From the NCBI GenBank assembly GCA_035299465.1, contig DATGWN010000047.1, positions 716 to 64,715 on the forward strand: a DNA stretch of 64,000 nucleotides, written 5' to 3'. Made by a program: the position numbers and the translations under genes. The stretch is from Acidobacteriota bacterium. GTDB taxonomy: Archaea > Nanobdellota > Nanobdellia > Woesearchaeales > DATGWN01. The notes beneath the pieces were generated by a model. That model was not told the origin of the DNA, ran no database searches, and saw only the letters and a list, made by a program, of their open reading frames with translations. Below are positions 38,332-47,647 of the stretch, piece after piece (position 1 is the stretch's first letter; the number at the start of each line of letters is the position of its first letter).

Positions 38332-39246
38332 TCACTTTCCGTCGTACGCGTCTTGTAGCTGCTGGATATCGAGCTTTTGCATTTGCATCATTGCGGCCAT
38401 TGCGCGTGCTGATCCAGGTTCGTCGGTCCGCATAAGTTTGTCCAACTGTTCAGGTACTATTTGCCAAGAGACGCCATACTTATCTTTAACCCAGCCACAG
38501 GGTTGTTCTTGGCCACCATCTGTTAATTTTTCCCAGAAATAATCAACTTCCGTCTGATCTTTGCATTTAATATATAGTGATACGGCTTCGTTGAACGTAA
38601 ATGGATGCTGTTTATTGCTTTCCATAGCTACGAAATCCACTCCATCCAATGTAAAGTGCGCATACATGATCTTGCCTTTCTGCGTAGGTTCCTCATCGCC
38701 GTATCGGGAAGTCTGATTGACTGAGCCTTTCTCGAAGACGTCCGTATAGAAATCCATTGCTTCTTCTAACATTCCAAACTTATCTTGTGTGAAAAGCATG
38801 GCAGGCATTATTTTTTGTTTGTTTTCGCCCATGAACAATTGCCAGGAGACGCCGAATCTATCGTTGACCCACGCGTATTTTTCACTGAACGGATATTTGC
38901 CTAGTGCCATCAGCACCGACCCACCATCGGATGAGAGTTTTTCAAATAGTTCATCGACTTCTTTGGTAGTCTTGCATGTGACAAAAAAAGATATTGCCGG
39001 AGTGAATTTGAAATCAGGTCCTGCGTTCATCGCCATGAACTGAAAACCGTTGAGATTAAAGTCGACGGTATACACATCCATGTCCGAATTCGGTCCGGAG
39101 TTTTTGTAGGTGTGCTCGCTATTTATCTTTGACTTTGGAAAGATCTTCACGTAGAAGTCAACTGCTTCCTTTGCATTGTTGTCAAACCACAAATAGGGCG
39201 ATATTTTTTGCATACACTTTTTTAGACGTATGCGTTTATTAAACAT
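38332..39246 (-). CDS. VOC-superfamily protein, tandem PhnB/3-demethylubiquinone-9 methyltransferase-like domains
   Basis: 'ISPYLWFDNNAKEAVDFY' plus a second repeat 'YAHFTLDGVDFVAM'. Glyoxalase-fold duplication. Confidence 0.7.
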   Translation of the reverse strand: MFNKRIRLKKCMQKISPYLWFDNNAKEAVDFYVKIFPKSKINSEHTYKNSGPNSDMDVYTVDFNLNGFQFMAMNAGPDFKFTPAISFFVTCKTTKEVDELFEKLSSDGGSVLMALGKYPFSEKYAWVNDRFGVSWQLFMGENKQKIMPAMLFTQDKFGMLEEAMDFYTDVFEKGSVNQTSRYGDEEPTQKGKIMYAHFTLDGVDFVAMESNKQHPFTFNEAVSLYIKCKDQTEVDYFWEKLTDGGQEQPCGWVKDKYGVSWQIVPEQLDKLMRTDEPGSARAMAAMMQMQKLDIQQLQDAYDGK

Positions 39247-39405
39247 TTGTAGCTATGATATGACTTTAGAGATTTTACGAAGTCTTTGGATTGTTGGTTT
39301 TTTTCTGTTCATCGATTGTGCGTTTGCTGCGGTCAGAACGACATATGCACATATCCTCCTACATTTTTTATTTGTTGCACGCTAGAGATTATTCGGAGGC
39401 GACCA

Positions 39406-39804
39406 ATGACAAAAAAAGAAGACATTGACATTATCGATACCGGTAACTGGGGTTCAATGTGGGACTCGGTTCTTGATTCACACGATCCATACGTGGATGT
39501 ATATCGCAAAGGAACAGACATTGTCATCAACGTACAATTGCCTGATATAGAACGAGAAGATATACAATTGCGATTCATCAACGAGGGATTGGAAATCTCA
39601 GCGCAAAACAGTATTGAAGCACAAAAGATTGAAGACGATATATTCCACTACAGAACATTCTCGCGAGCATTTTACCGTCTGATTCCGTTGCCAACAAACG
39701 TGGATGAAAATGCCGCTCAGGCACAGTTCCGCGACGGTGTCCTCACGATTCGTGTTCCGCACGATGTTGATGAACTCAACACCGACTACATGGAAGTGCG
39801 ATAG
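39406..39804 (+). CDS. Hsp20/alpha-crystallin small heat-shock protein
   Basis: 'DVYRKGTDIVINVQLPDIEREDIQL...FRDGVLTIRVP' ACD motifs. GGAGG RBS 6 nt upstream of ATG 39406 (the longer ORF from 39286 is unlikely). Confidence 0.85.
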   Translation: MTKKEDIDIIDTGNWGSMWDSVLDSHDPYVDVYRKGTDIVINVQLPDIEREDIQLRFINEGLEISAQNSIEAQKIEDDIFHYRTFSRAFYRLIPLPTNVDENAAQAQFRDGVLTIRVPHDVDELNTDYMEVR

Positions 39805-39827
39805 TGCACTGTTTGTAATTGTGCGAA

Positions 39828-40178
39828 TCAGATGAGCGGCATATTTTTTGAAACAAGTTGTCGCGCCTGAGTATACATTGTCTCAAAGACTTTGTATTCA
39901 CGCGATCCTGGACGGTATACTTCGCGGTGCTGCACGTCTAACGGCTGCCAGACGGCTGCGCTCGCTTTGGATTGACGCACGAATTCTTTTGGTGAATTCC
40001 AATGCGTTGCGTCGTAGTGTTTATGCTCAATAAGAATTGTGACTAAGGGAGTCTGTTCGTAAAAATCGAACAAATTCAAAGATGCTCGTCGTTGAACTGC
40101 GCCTCTTGATGGGAGTCTTGCAAAGGCTACGTTGTACTTATAATCGACGTGGATGGACATATTTTCTGGAATAATCAA
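39828..40178 (-). CDS. hypothetical protein
   Basis: 116-aa ORF. Confidence 0.4.
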   Translation of the reverse strand: MIIPENMSIHVDYKYNVAFARLPSRGAVQRRASLNLFDFYEQTPLVTILIEHKHYDATHWNSPKEFVRQSKASAAVWQPLDVQHREVYRPGSREYKVFETMYTQARQLVSKNMPLI

Positions 40179-40192
40179 GCCCTATAATAACC

Positions 40193-40732
40193 TTGCGGAG
40201 TCTAGTTTATATACTGGAGTCGGCGAGAAACGATATGTCTCAGCAGTTTATCTGGATTATCGCACTTTCGCTCGCTTTTCTTATTGGTTGCACCGCATCA
40301 CAACCAATACCTGTTGACGAGACGCTGCGAACTACAGAAGTAGTTGTAGAGGGCGCATTGAATCAGCCTTCCTCGTTTACACATCTGTCAGAATTCGAAG
40401 AACTCACAGACCCAAATGCGCCGTACACTCTGATTACACTGCAACCTAAGGAACCATATGTGCATGAAGCGACAGATATGAAATTGCGTTTGGAATTGGT
40501 CGATTATCGCCGAGATGATCCTACATATGAACATAAACTGTACAATAAATATAGAACCGAATCTTGGCCAGTACATACTTGGGTTAAATTAAAAGTAAAT
40601 GGAAAAACTGATATATTCCCCGACGAGGAAATGGTCAAAGTGACATTTGAAGACGGAGAAATATTGTATATCGCATTGTCATTTATGAGCGAAAACACTG
40701 CGCAGATTTTCGTTGCGGAAACGATTCGATGA
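40193..40732 (+). CDS. secreted lipoprotein-like hypothetical protein
   Basis: 'IWIIALSLAFLIGCTAS' signal/lipobox-like N-terminus. Confidence 0.5.
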   Translation: MRSLVYILESARNDMSQQFIWIIALSLAFLIGCTASQPIPVDETLRTTEVVVEGALNQPSSFTHLSEFEELTDPNAPYTLITLQPKEPYVHEATDMKLRLELVDYRRDDPTYEHKLYNKYRTESWPVHTWVKLKVNGKTDIFPDEEMVKVTFEDGEILYIALSFMSENTAQIFVAETIR

Positions 40733-40761
40733 GAAGTTAATGGATTTTTGATGTTGTACGC

Positions 40762-41355
40762 TTAATTCTTATACAAAACAGGCAAGTAATGTTCATTCTC
40801 GAATTTTTCCAGTGGTTGTAGTAGCACCGCATGTGCCAAGAGTTTATTTTCAGGAACGTATTGTGGATCCAGCGATACTACAATACCGTCGATTGGTTTT
40901 GCTAAAGAAAGATGTCTTTTACGTTTTCGTTCCCCGTTACTGATTTGATACGCGTGCACGGCTCGCCAATTATCTTTTTCTACAAGCAAAAGTGCATTTA
41001 GAGTGTGAATAATGCAATCTTGATGGAGAGGATCAGTTATTTGCGATAAATTTCTTGGTTGATCCCAGTACTTGAGATACTCGTCCCAAATCTCTTTTTG
41101 CTCAGCCACGGACAAAACAGAAAAACTTTTCACATTTTTTTGACCTAGATGCGGTAACACGCGTTTCATTTCTGATGAGAATTCGTACGCTGCATTTGCA
41201 AGTCTGTTCAATGAACGCATGCGTGCTGTGAAATGTCGCCGATAGCAAGTATCAATTTTTGAAGCATACGCTGCGGGCTTGTCTAAGATAATCCTTTGCC
41301 GAGGACCTAGAGGATCTCTTGTCAATTGTGCTTCGAAGGTATAGCCTGCGTACAT
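40762..41355 (-). CDS. hypothetical protein
   Basis: 197-aa ORF. Confidence 0.5.
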   Translation of the reverse strand: MYAGYTFEAQLTRDPLGPRQRIILDKPAAYASKIDTCYRRHFTARMRSLNRLANAAYEFSSEMKRVLPHLGQKNVKSFSVLSVAEQKEIWDEYLKYWDQPRNLSQITDPLHQDCIIHTLNALLLVEKDNWRAVHAYQISNGERKRKRHLSLAKPIDGIVVSLDPQYVPENKLLAHAVLLQPLEKFENEHYLPVLYKN

Positions 41356-41488
41356 TGAGGGAAGAAGGAATTATCAATTGTTTTTAAACCTTAGCGCACA
41401 AAGACTGCGTCGTGCTGAACAATATGTGATAGAACAATTTGTGTTTTTATGATGGCGTCCATTGTTTGAACTCTCCACTTCTAAAAAA

Positions 41489-41563
41489 CGCTCCCGCCGG
41501 GATTTGAACCCGGGTCACAAGAATGAAAGTCTTGTATGATTGGCCGGACTACACTACAGGAGC
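41489..41563 (-). tRNA. tRNA-Glu (anticodon UUC)
   Basis: Cloverleaf folds by hand: acceptor GCUCCUG/CGGGAGC, T-arm CCGGG-UUCAAAU-CCCGG, anticodon loop CUUUCAU. TATA-like 'ATTTATAAAG' lies 28-37 nt upstream on the minus strand. Confidence 0.8.
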
Positions 41564-41590
41564 AGTCGTTACTTCACGGAACGCCCACCC

Positions 41591-41600
41591 CTTTATAAAT
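41591..41600 (-). promoter_or_regulatory. TATA box for tRNA-Glu
   Basis: 'CTTTATAAAT' (plus-strand text) centred about 30 nt upstream of the tRNA 5' end. Confidence 0.45.
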
Positions 41601-41604
41601 ATTA

Positions 41605-42675
41605 TTATGAGAGATAGGGTTTTAGCAGGGCTTGTTGCCACGGCAAAAGATGGTCGACAGATTTGCTGACTACGATATGTAGTAATTGATCTTTGCTTGC
41701 GATGATGTGTGGCGGAACGTTCTCTTTCTTTGCAAGCTCCAATCGTGCAGCTTCGAGTTTGTCTAACAGCGAGCGCTGTGCTGGAGAGAGTCGCTTTCGT
41801 TCCGTTTTGACGACGGGCATAGGGACAGCAGTCGCTAATGCATTTGTGAACAGATGAGCGTTTGCGCGGACAGCAGGATGTACGCCATTGAGTGATTTAA
41901 AATCCGGCGGAGATTTTGCGAATTCGACGAGTAATTTGTTTGTGAAGACGTAATGCACCGGTCGATTTACCTTCTTTGCCAGTTGATCTCTCGCTTCGTA
42001 CAGAACTTTGGCTCTTCCTCGCTCGATGTCGTTGAGTAAACCTACGCCTTTGACTTCGTGCCAAACTTGGTCTTGATACGTCATCTGCGAGTTTTCCACT
42101 TGACGACAGATTGACTGCATCCACTCAAGTTTTTTGCACGCTATGAGCTCGTCTTTTAGTTTTTGTGCGAGCGAAAGTAGATATTTTGTGTCGGAGATTG
42201 CGTATTCGATCATACCTGCAGAAAGAGGGCGCTTTGTCCAATCCACTTTCTGGAATTTGGATTGCTTTTGGACGTTGAAGTATGTCGTCAAAAGTGCGCC
42301 GAGTCCAACTTCTGGTTTGCCAAGTACCGTTGCGGCGAGTCGTGTGTCAAAGACATTCTTTGGTCGTGCACCGTATTGGCGAAACAGAATCCGAAAATCA
42401 AAGTCTGTGTCGTGAAACACTTTTTCTATGTTTGGATTTTGCAGCATGTCGATGACTGGTTTGATATCTTTGAGTGCCAATGTGTCGATGATGCAAGAGT
42501 GCTTTGATGTGGAGATTTGGATAATTGTGATATATACGCCGTAATGGTGCATATTGTTTTCGCATTCGAGGTCGACGCCTATTATAGGTTCGTTCACCCA
42601 TGTAGCTGCGAATTCATTCAACTGTTCTTGCGTCGTGATAACTTGCTGCATACTGTTTGCCGTTCCCGCACTCAT
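41605..42675 (-). CDS. RNase D-like DEDDy 3'-5' exonuclease with HRDC domain
   Basis: 'IGVDLECEN...YGVYITIIQIS' (exo I), 'KVFHDTDFDFRIL' (exo II), 'YAISDTKYL' (exo III, DEDDy), C-terminal HRDC-like helices. Confidence 0.75.
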   Translation of the reverse strand: MSAGTANSMQQVITTQEQLNEFAATWVNEPIIGVDLECENNMHHYGVYITIIQISTSKHSCIIDTLALKDIKPVIDMLQNPNIEKVFHDTDFDFRILFRQYGARPKNVFDTRLAATVLGKPEVGLGALLTTYFNVQKQSKFQKVDWTKRPLSAGMIEYAISDTKYLLSLAQKLKDELIACKKLEWMQSICRQVENSQMTYQDQVWHEVKGVGLLNDIERGRAKVLYEARDQLAKKVNRPVHYVFTNKLLVEFAKSPPDFKSLNGVHPAVRANAHLFTNALATAVPMPVVKTERKRLSPAQRSLLDKLEAARLELAKKENVPPHIIASKDQLLHIVVSKSVDHLLPWQQALLKPYLS

Positions 42676-43118
42676 ATATAAAAATGACGAAAGGAATATT
42701 AAGCCAGGTCATTTCCCAAATTTTGATGAAACCCCAGTATTCCTTACTCGAACGAGCGCTTCACAGCACATTAGCTGATTACTTGCTTGCGTCGCGACGG
42801 TTTCACGCCTATAATACTACGATGTCTAATGTCGAAGAATGGGCAAGCGCCGATGTGCTTGATGACCGAATAGAGCATCTTCGCAAAGAACGCAATTTTG
42901 ATCTAGCGGGTCACTTAGTCGTCATACCTTTAATGTACGCAGGATTCGCATATCAGTACGGCATTTCTCGCAGCTGCGGCACGCTGATCGCTGTGGCAGC
43001 AATCGAATTCGTCAGACGGACTATTCGTGACGATGCCAAACGAACGCTTGCCGAAGAGCATGCGTACCTGGCGGATCGAAAGAAACTCATTCGCGAAGTG
43101 AGTTTTGCAGATGATTGA
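42657..43118 (+). CDS. hypothetical protein
   Basis: ORF. Probable start at the internal 'MTKGIL' (42684). Confidence 0.4.
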   Translation: MPFPHSYIKMTKGILSQVISQILMKPQYSLLERALHSTLADYLLASRRFHAYNTTMSNVEEWASADVLDDRIEHLRKERNFDLAGHLVVIPLMYAGFAYQYGISRSCGTLIAVAAIEFVRRTIRDDAKRTLAEEHAYLADRKKLIREVSFADD

Positions 43119-43458
43119 TCTCGACGTCGACCCGAAATTGGTGTTCGGTTTCTTTGACCATGGCAGAGTCAGCAAATCCATGCATGACGCCATAGTAACG
43201 AACGGATGGTGTTTACCTCGCGTGCCTGTGTTTGAAATTCCTGCCCATGTCGCAGACGGTCATCGATATATGCTTGCCGACGGAAACACTCGCAGAAACG
43301 TTGCTGAATATCTGCAGCGCACGTTGCCCGTGCGTATTTTTGATGCGCATGAAAGGATTATCACAGACGGCACACTGATCGCTCACTTTCGCCACAGCTC
43401 AGACCCGATGCTGTATCAAAAACTTCTCTTAATCTATCAAAGAAAAATCGTGCGATAA
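43105..43458 (+). CDS. hypothetical protein
   Basis: 117-aa ORF overlapping the upstream stop. Confidence 0.4.
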   Translation: MQMIDLDVDPKLVFGFFDHGRVSKSMHDAIVTNGWCLPRVPVFEIPAHVADGHRYMLADGNTRRNVAEYLQRTLPVRIFDAHERIITDGTLIAHFRHSSDPMLYQKLLLIYQRKIVR

Positions 43459-43779
43459 TTATTGCATAACGGCAGCGCACTGGCCCTGCACACATCGACA
43501 GTCATGCGGATCGGATGCGCCGAAATATTTGCAAGAACAATCGCCGTCATATTCACACATAACTGGATAGCTTTTACTGACGTCTGGATTTGGATCGTGA
43601 TATGCGTCAAAACAAACTACTCGACATTGCCCAGCGTCACACACGCTTGAAAATGGACAGCTTGAACGAGTGGCATATTCCATGGGGAGCGGACAATCCG
43701 TATTGGTTATACACTCTGCTTGTTGTGTGGTGCATCCACTCAAGATAACCAGTGCTAGGACTAACCAAACTCGCTTCAT
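43459..43779 (-). CDS. small Cys-rich secreted/lipoprotein-like protein
   Basis: Start at 'MKRVWLVLALVILSGCTT'. Mature part has about 16 Cys in about 85 aa. Confidence 0.5.
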   Translation of the reverse strand: MKRVWLVLALVILSGCTTQQAECITNTDCPLPMEYATRSSCPFSSVCDAGQCRVVCFDAYHDPNPDVSKSYPVMCEYDGDCSCKYFGASDPHDCRCVQGQCAAVMQ

Positions 43780-43846
43780 CTGAATTCTATCGTCGGTTAC
43801 ATTTATGAAGATAAGCTTTTTAATCTGATATGAACGAAATCGCATT

Positions 43847-44605
43847 ATGATTACTACACTTGCACTCACTATGCTTGCTTTCGTAACGTTTGTCTATATA
43901 GTATCATTGATTATCAAAGATGCGAGCATTATGGACGTTGCATGGGGCCTTGGTTTCATTCTCGTCGCAGCACAATCACTGTACTTGTCATTTCAGCTTA
44001 ATCTTCCTGTCACATGGATGAAACTAGTTTTGCTGGGGTTGATTTGTTTTTGGGGCTTGCGATTGACGTTTCATATCTGGACGAGACATCATGGCGAAGA
44101 CAAGCGGTATACGGAGTGGCGCGTTGCATGGGGTTCCACGTTTGCGTTACGAAGTTATGTGCAGATATTTTTGCTGCAAGGTTCGTTGATTCTTCTTATT
44201 AGCATGCCGGTGTGGTTGGCAATGCAATCAACTTTCAAAACGAATATGTGGGTTTTCTTGACGGGATGCTTTGTATGGTTAGCTGGGTTTTTGTTTGAAA
44301 TGATCGCAGATGCTCAATTGGCGACTCATCTACGCACGTCACGGGGAAAAATCATGCAGACGGGTCTTTGGAGATACTCACGACACCCGAATTATTTTGG
44401 TGAAGCGTTGCTTTGGTGGGGAGTATTCTTGATTGGCCTTTCATTCTCAGTAACAGCGTATTCTTTGTTTGCACCAGTCACTATCACATTCTTACTACTG
44501 TTTGTCTCAGGCGTGCCTCTTTTAGAAAAGCGATTTGCAGGTAATCCTGAGTGGGAGCACTACAAGCGGCACACGAGCGTTTTTGTGCCGTGGTTTCGCA
44601 AATAA
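43847..44605 (+). CDS. DUF1295 / ICMT–steroid-5alpha-reductase-like integral membrane protein
   Basis: 'RHPNYFGEALLWWG' signature. 6-7 TM helices. Confidence 0.75.
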   Translation: MITTLALTMLAFVTFVYIVSLIIKDASIMDVAWGLGFILVAAQSLYLSFQLNLPVTWMKLVLLGLICFWGLRLTFHIWTRHHGEDKRYTEWRVAWGSTFALRSYVQIFLLQGSLILLISMPVWLAMQSTFKTNMWVFLTGCFVWLAGFLFEMIADAQLATHLRTSRGKIMQTGLWRYSRHPNYFGEALLWWGVFLIGLSFSVTAYSLFAPVTITFLLLFVSGVPLLEKRFAGNPEWEHYKRHTSVFVPWFRK

Positions 44606-45781
44606 TTAATCGCGCGCGAACACACGGTGGAAGATTTCCATCTTTTCTTGACTTGCAGGCGATAGCGCGATATGCGTTCGTTTATGTACTGGCGTTCTCG
44701 AACGAACACATTCAAGTAAGTGTAATGTTTCGGCAATACGCTGAGCGTCACTTTTTATTACGATTTCCTGAGTGCCTGCTCCAGTCTTTGGAAGCTTAGC
44801 AAGATATCCATCTGGACGATTGAGACCCAACTGTGCACTATATACGTCAGACGTGGATCCTTCAAACAACGCTTTGAGGAAATATTCTGGCAGTGCGCCG
44901 TCGTCAATGGCACGGATGGAATCAAAAATGCCGTGTGGATCGTTACTTGTAATCCATTTCTGTTTAGGTCTCGTACTGATGCGAGTAGGCGCTCGAGTTT
45001 TTGCCAACATATCATACTTGTGGATAACTTGTTTATTCAGTGTGCTTGCAACGCATTCTGTTTGTGAGCCATATGCGTCTAAAAAGGCACAAAGTTTTTC
45101 TTTGGCCTCATTGATTATGTACGCTTCAAGGTCTGTGAGAAATACAACTGGCACGTCGTGATGCGATGCCAAGATTGCATCTGTCTGAAATTGCGATAGT
45201 GTTGCGTCTACTGATTCAACGCCTCGAAGCATCTTTAGATACATGTTTCTCATATTGCCAGCACTCTGTGTTACTATTCCAGTCAGAGAGTGGCAGGATG
45301 CTTGCACATTTAACGCATGGCTTGTAGTCTTGCTTGCATTCGCAAACAATTCTCGTTTATAGTCATAATAATTATTTACTTGTTCACATAGCAAAATTGG
45401 GCCGTCAATAGACCTCAAACCAAATCGAGGAACATCGAATTCTGGAAACATATATGCTCTTGCGTCCACTTTATTCGCAAAATGCATTTGATCATCAAAT
45501 TGCTCGGGATGAAATGTCGGAAGAACATGAGTGTATGTCCCATTAATGAGTGAAATGTGAGGAGTGTTGGTAAGGATTTCGTACGCTTTAGGATTGACTA
45601 CGTGTAACATATCTAAATCAATTCCTTGCGTGCTATATGCCAGAGGAATTTTATTTTGCGTGATGATATTCAAAATAGTATCTAAACTTGAACCTGGTTT
45701 TACAGCTTCTAGATACTTCTGGGTACTTACTTCAGAATGAGCTTCATTGGCGTACAAGACGAAAACGGATGTCGGTTTCAT
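44606..45781 (-). CDS. hypothetical protein, possibly glycoside hydrolase family 57-like
   Basis: 'GTYTHVLPTF' resembles the GH57 'G.YTHPILP' motif. Weak. Confidence 0.4.
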   Translation of the reverse strand: MKPTSVFVLYANEAHSEVSTQKYLEAVKPGSSLDTILNIITQNKIPLAYSTQGIDLDMLHVVNPKAYEILTNTPHISLINGTYTHVLPTFHPEQFDDQMHFANKVDARAYMFPEFDVPRFGLRSIDGPILLCEQVNNYYDYKRELFANASKTTSHALNVQASCHSLTGIVTQSAGNMRNMYLKMLRGVESVDATLSQFQTDAILASHHDVPVVFLTDLEAYIINEAKEKLCAFLDAYGSQTECVASTLNKQVIHKYDMLAKTRAPTRISTRPKQKWITSNDPHGIFDSIRAIDDGALPEYFLKALFEGSTSDVYSAQLGLNRPDGYLAKLPKTGAGTQEIVIKSDAQRIAETLHLLECVRSRTPVHKRTHIALSPASQEKMEIFHRVFARD

Positions 45782-45876
45782 ATAGTTAATCTTACTTTCG
45801 CAATATATAAATGTTACTACTCCATAATTACTAACATTCGCACATATTTAGCACATTATGTGCCGCGTTGTGAATA

Positions 45877-45886
45877 TTTTTAAATA
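45877..45886 (+). promoter_or_regulatory. TATA box for the intron-containing tRNA
   Basis: 'TTTTTAAATA' about 27 nt upstream of the tRNA 5' end. Confidence 0.4.
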
Positions 45887-45907
45887 GCTTACAGTTGTTT
45901 TCTGTTT

Positions 45908-46011
45908 GACCCTGTAGCTTAGCCTGGTGGAGCGCCGGTCTTATATGACCGCGATTCATACGCGCTGTCGAAGACAGCCGGTGGTCCCGAGTTCAAATCT
46001 CGGCAGGGTCA
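45908..46011 (+). tRNA. intron-containing tRNA, mature anticodon UAU (tRNA-Ile(UAU)); 30-nt intron at canonical 37/38
   Basis: Acceptor GACCCUG/CAGGGUC+A73. D-arm GCUU-AGCCUGGUG-GAGC. Anticodon stem CCGGU/GCCGG. T-arm CCGAG-UUCAAAU-CUCGG. 37 nt lie between the anticodon-stem halves, giving a 7-nt loop CUUAUA|A plus a 30-nt intron UGACC...AAGAC with an internal CGCG/CGCG hairpin and bulge-helix-bulge-like geometry. Confidence 0.6.
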
Positions 46012-46045
46012 CTTTTCAGATTTTTCTTTTGATCTTAAAAAATAA

Positions 46046-47647
46046 TTAAAAAAATTGAGAGTGCTTTTTTAGTTCAGCGTATAATTCTCGATTTCTTGCG
46101 TTGTCTTTTGCGGCGACCATATTGGGTAGACTAAACGCGAGAAGCGCGTCGCGAATCGACAAGACGCCTTTTGCTGACGCCTTCTTACCGGTGAACGCAT
46201 ACACATCTGGGCCACGCTGACATTGTGCATTCAGATTAATTCTACTTACTTTGTCCTTAAGACCATCAACGAGTGCGCTGACAGCAATAGGATCATATCC
46301 GAAAACACTTGCCTGCTGACCTAACGGCGATTGTGTCGCGTATTCGATCGGCTCTGCAAGTCTTGAGAACTTCGTTACTGGAACGACTGGACCAAACTGC
46401 TCTTCATTGTACACTAACATCGATTTGTCGACGTTTGCTAGAACTGCTGGCGAATAAAGCGTATTCTCCCAGTCTCCACCACAGACGAGCTGCGCGCCTT
46501 TGTTGAGTGCGTCTTTGACATAATCGTCCATGCGTTTGACTTGATTCATGTCAAGCAACGGCGTTATCGATACGTTTGGAGTCCAAGGCATTCCTTTGAC
46601 GAGATTTTGCACTTTTGGAACATACAAGGACATGAATTCGTCATACACTGCGCTGTGGATGAAAAGCTGCTTTAGCGCGGTGCATCGTTGTCCGTTGAAA
46701 CTCAAACTTCCCGCCACAACTTCAGACGCGGCTTCTTCTAGATTGGATGTCGGAAGGACGATGCCGATATTTTTTGCACCGAGTCCGAGAATTGACGTGA
46801 GCTTATTTGGATCAGGATGCATTTTTTGGATTGCGTTTGATGCACCGTTTGATCCAATGAATGCAAGCACATCTACTTTTCCTGATTTCATTATCGGCGG
46901 AATGACTTTGAATCCATCGCCATACAAAGTGTTTACAACACCTGGCGGGAAGCTTTGCGCATATGCGTCAAGCAGTGGCTCATGCAGTAAAGCGCCATTT
47001 TTTGCAGGCTTGAGCACGACGGTATTTCCCATCAATAACGCCGGTATCAATGTCGTGTACGTTTCGTTCAAAGGATAATTGAAAGGTGCGACACTGAACG
47101 TCACGCCAAATGGAGAGCGACCGTCGCGCGACATGACTCCTTCGTGTGATTGCAACGAGTAGCTGCGACTTAATTCTTCCAGCGACTCCATCGTTTTTTT
47201 CATATATTCGATAGTACGGTCAAATTCTTTTTCAGAATCTTTGCGCGGTTTTGCGATTTCCCACATGAGTGAATTCACGACTTGTTCGCGTTTTTTTGTC
47301 ATGTTTGAGATAAAGAGATTCATGTAATGGATTCTTTCGACGACAGGCATTTTGGGCCATGCGCCATCCCCGCCAGCGTACGCTTTTACCGCTGCATCTA
47401 ATACTTGTAGAGATTGTGCTTCGTCAAACATCGGCTGAGAACCAAGCAATTGTGGTTTACCGTCGATATATATCGGTGAGAAAACTTGCGTCGATTCGCC
47501 GGACCATGTTTGCCCTTTGCCATTTGAGACAAATGTCTTTTGTTCGATATACGGCGGCTGCATATTCGCAGGGATTTGTGTGAGAGGAGTTGTCATCGTG
47601 AACGCGAATCGAATTCGATTTATAACACTATTTTTTAGTGGCAACAA
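46046..47647 (-). CDS. NAD(P)-dependent aldehyde dehydrogenase (ALDH superfamily, possibly GAPN-like)
   Basis: 'FNYPLN', 'VLKPA', catalytic 'GQRCTA' Cys motif, 'EEQFGP'. True start possibly at the internal 'MTTPL'. Confidence 0.85.
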   Translation of the reverse strand: MLPLKNSVINRIRFAFTMTTPLTQIPANMQPPYIEQKTFVSNGKGQTWSGESTQVFSPIYIDGKPQLLGSQPMFDEAQSLQVLDAAVKAYAGGDGAWPKMPVVERIHYMNLFISNMTKKREQVVNSLMWEIAKPRKDSEKEFDRTIEYMKKTMESLEELSRSYSLQSHEGVMSRDGRSPFGVTFSVAPFNYPLNETYTTLIPALLMGNTVVLKPAKNGALLHEPLLDAYAQSFPPGVVNTLYGDGFKVIPPIMKSGKVDVLAFIGSNGASNAIQKMHPDPNKLTSILGLGAKNIGIVLPTSNLEEAASEVVAGSLSFNGQRCTALKQLFIHSAVYDEFMSLYVPKVQNLVKGMPWTPNVSITPLLDMNQVKRMDDYVKDALNKGAQLVCGGDWENTLYSPAVLANVDKSMLVYNEEQFGPVVPVTKFSRLAEPIEYATQSPLGQQASVFGYDPIAVSALVDGLKDKVSRINLNAQCQRGPDVYAFTGKKASAKGVLSIRDALLAFSLPNMVAAKDNARNRELYAELKKHSQFF

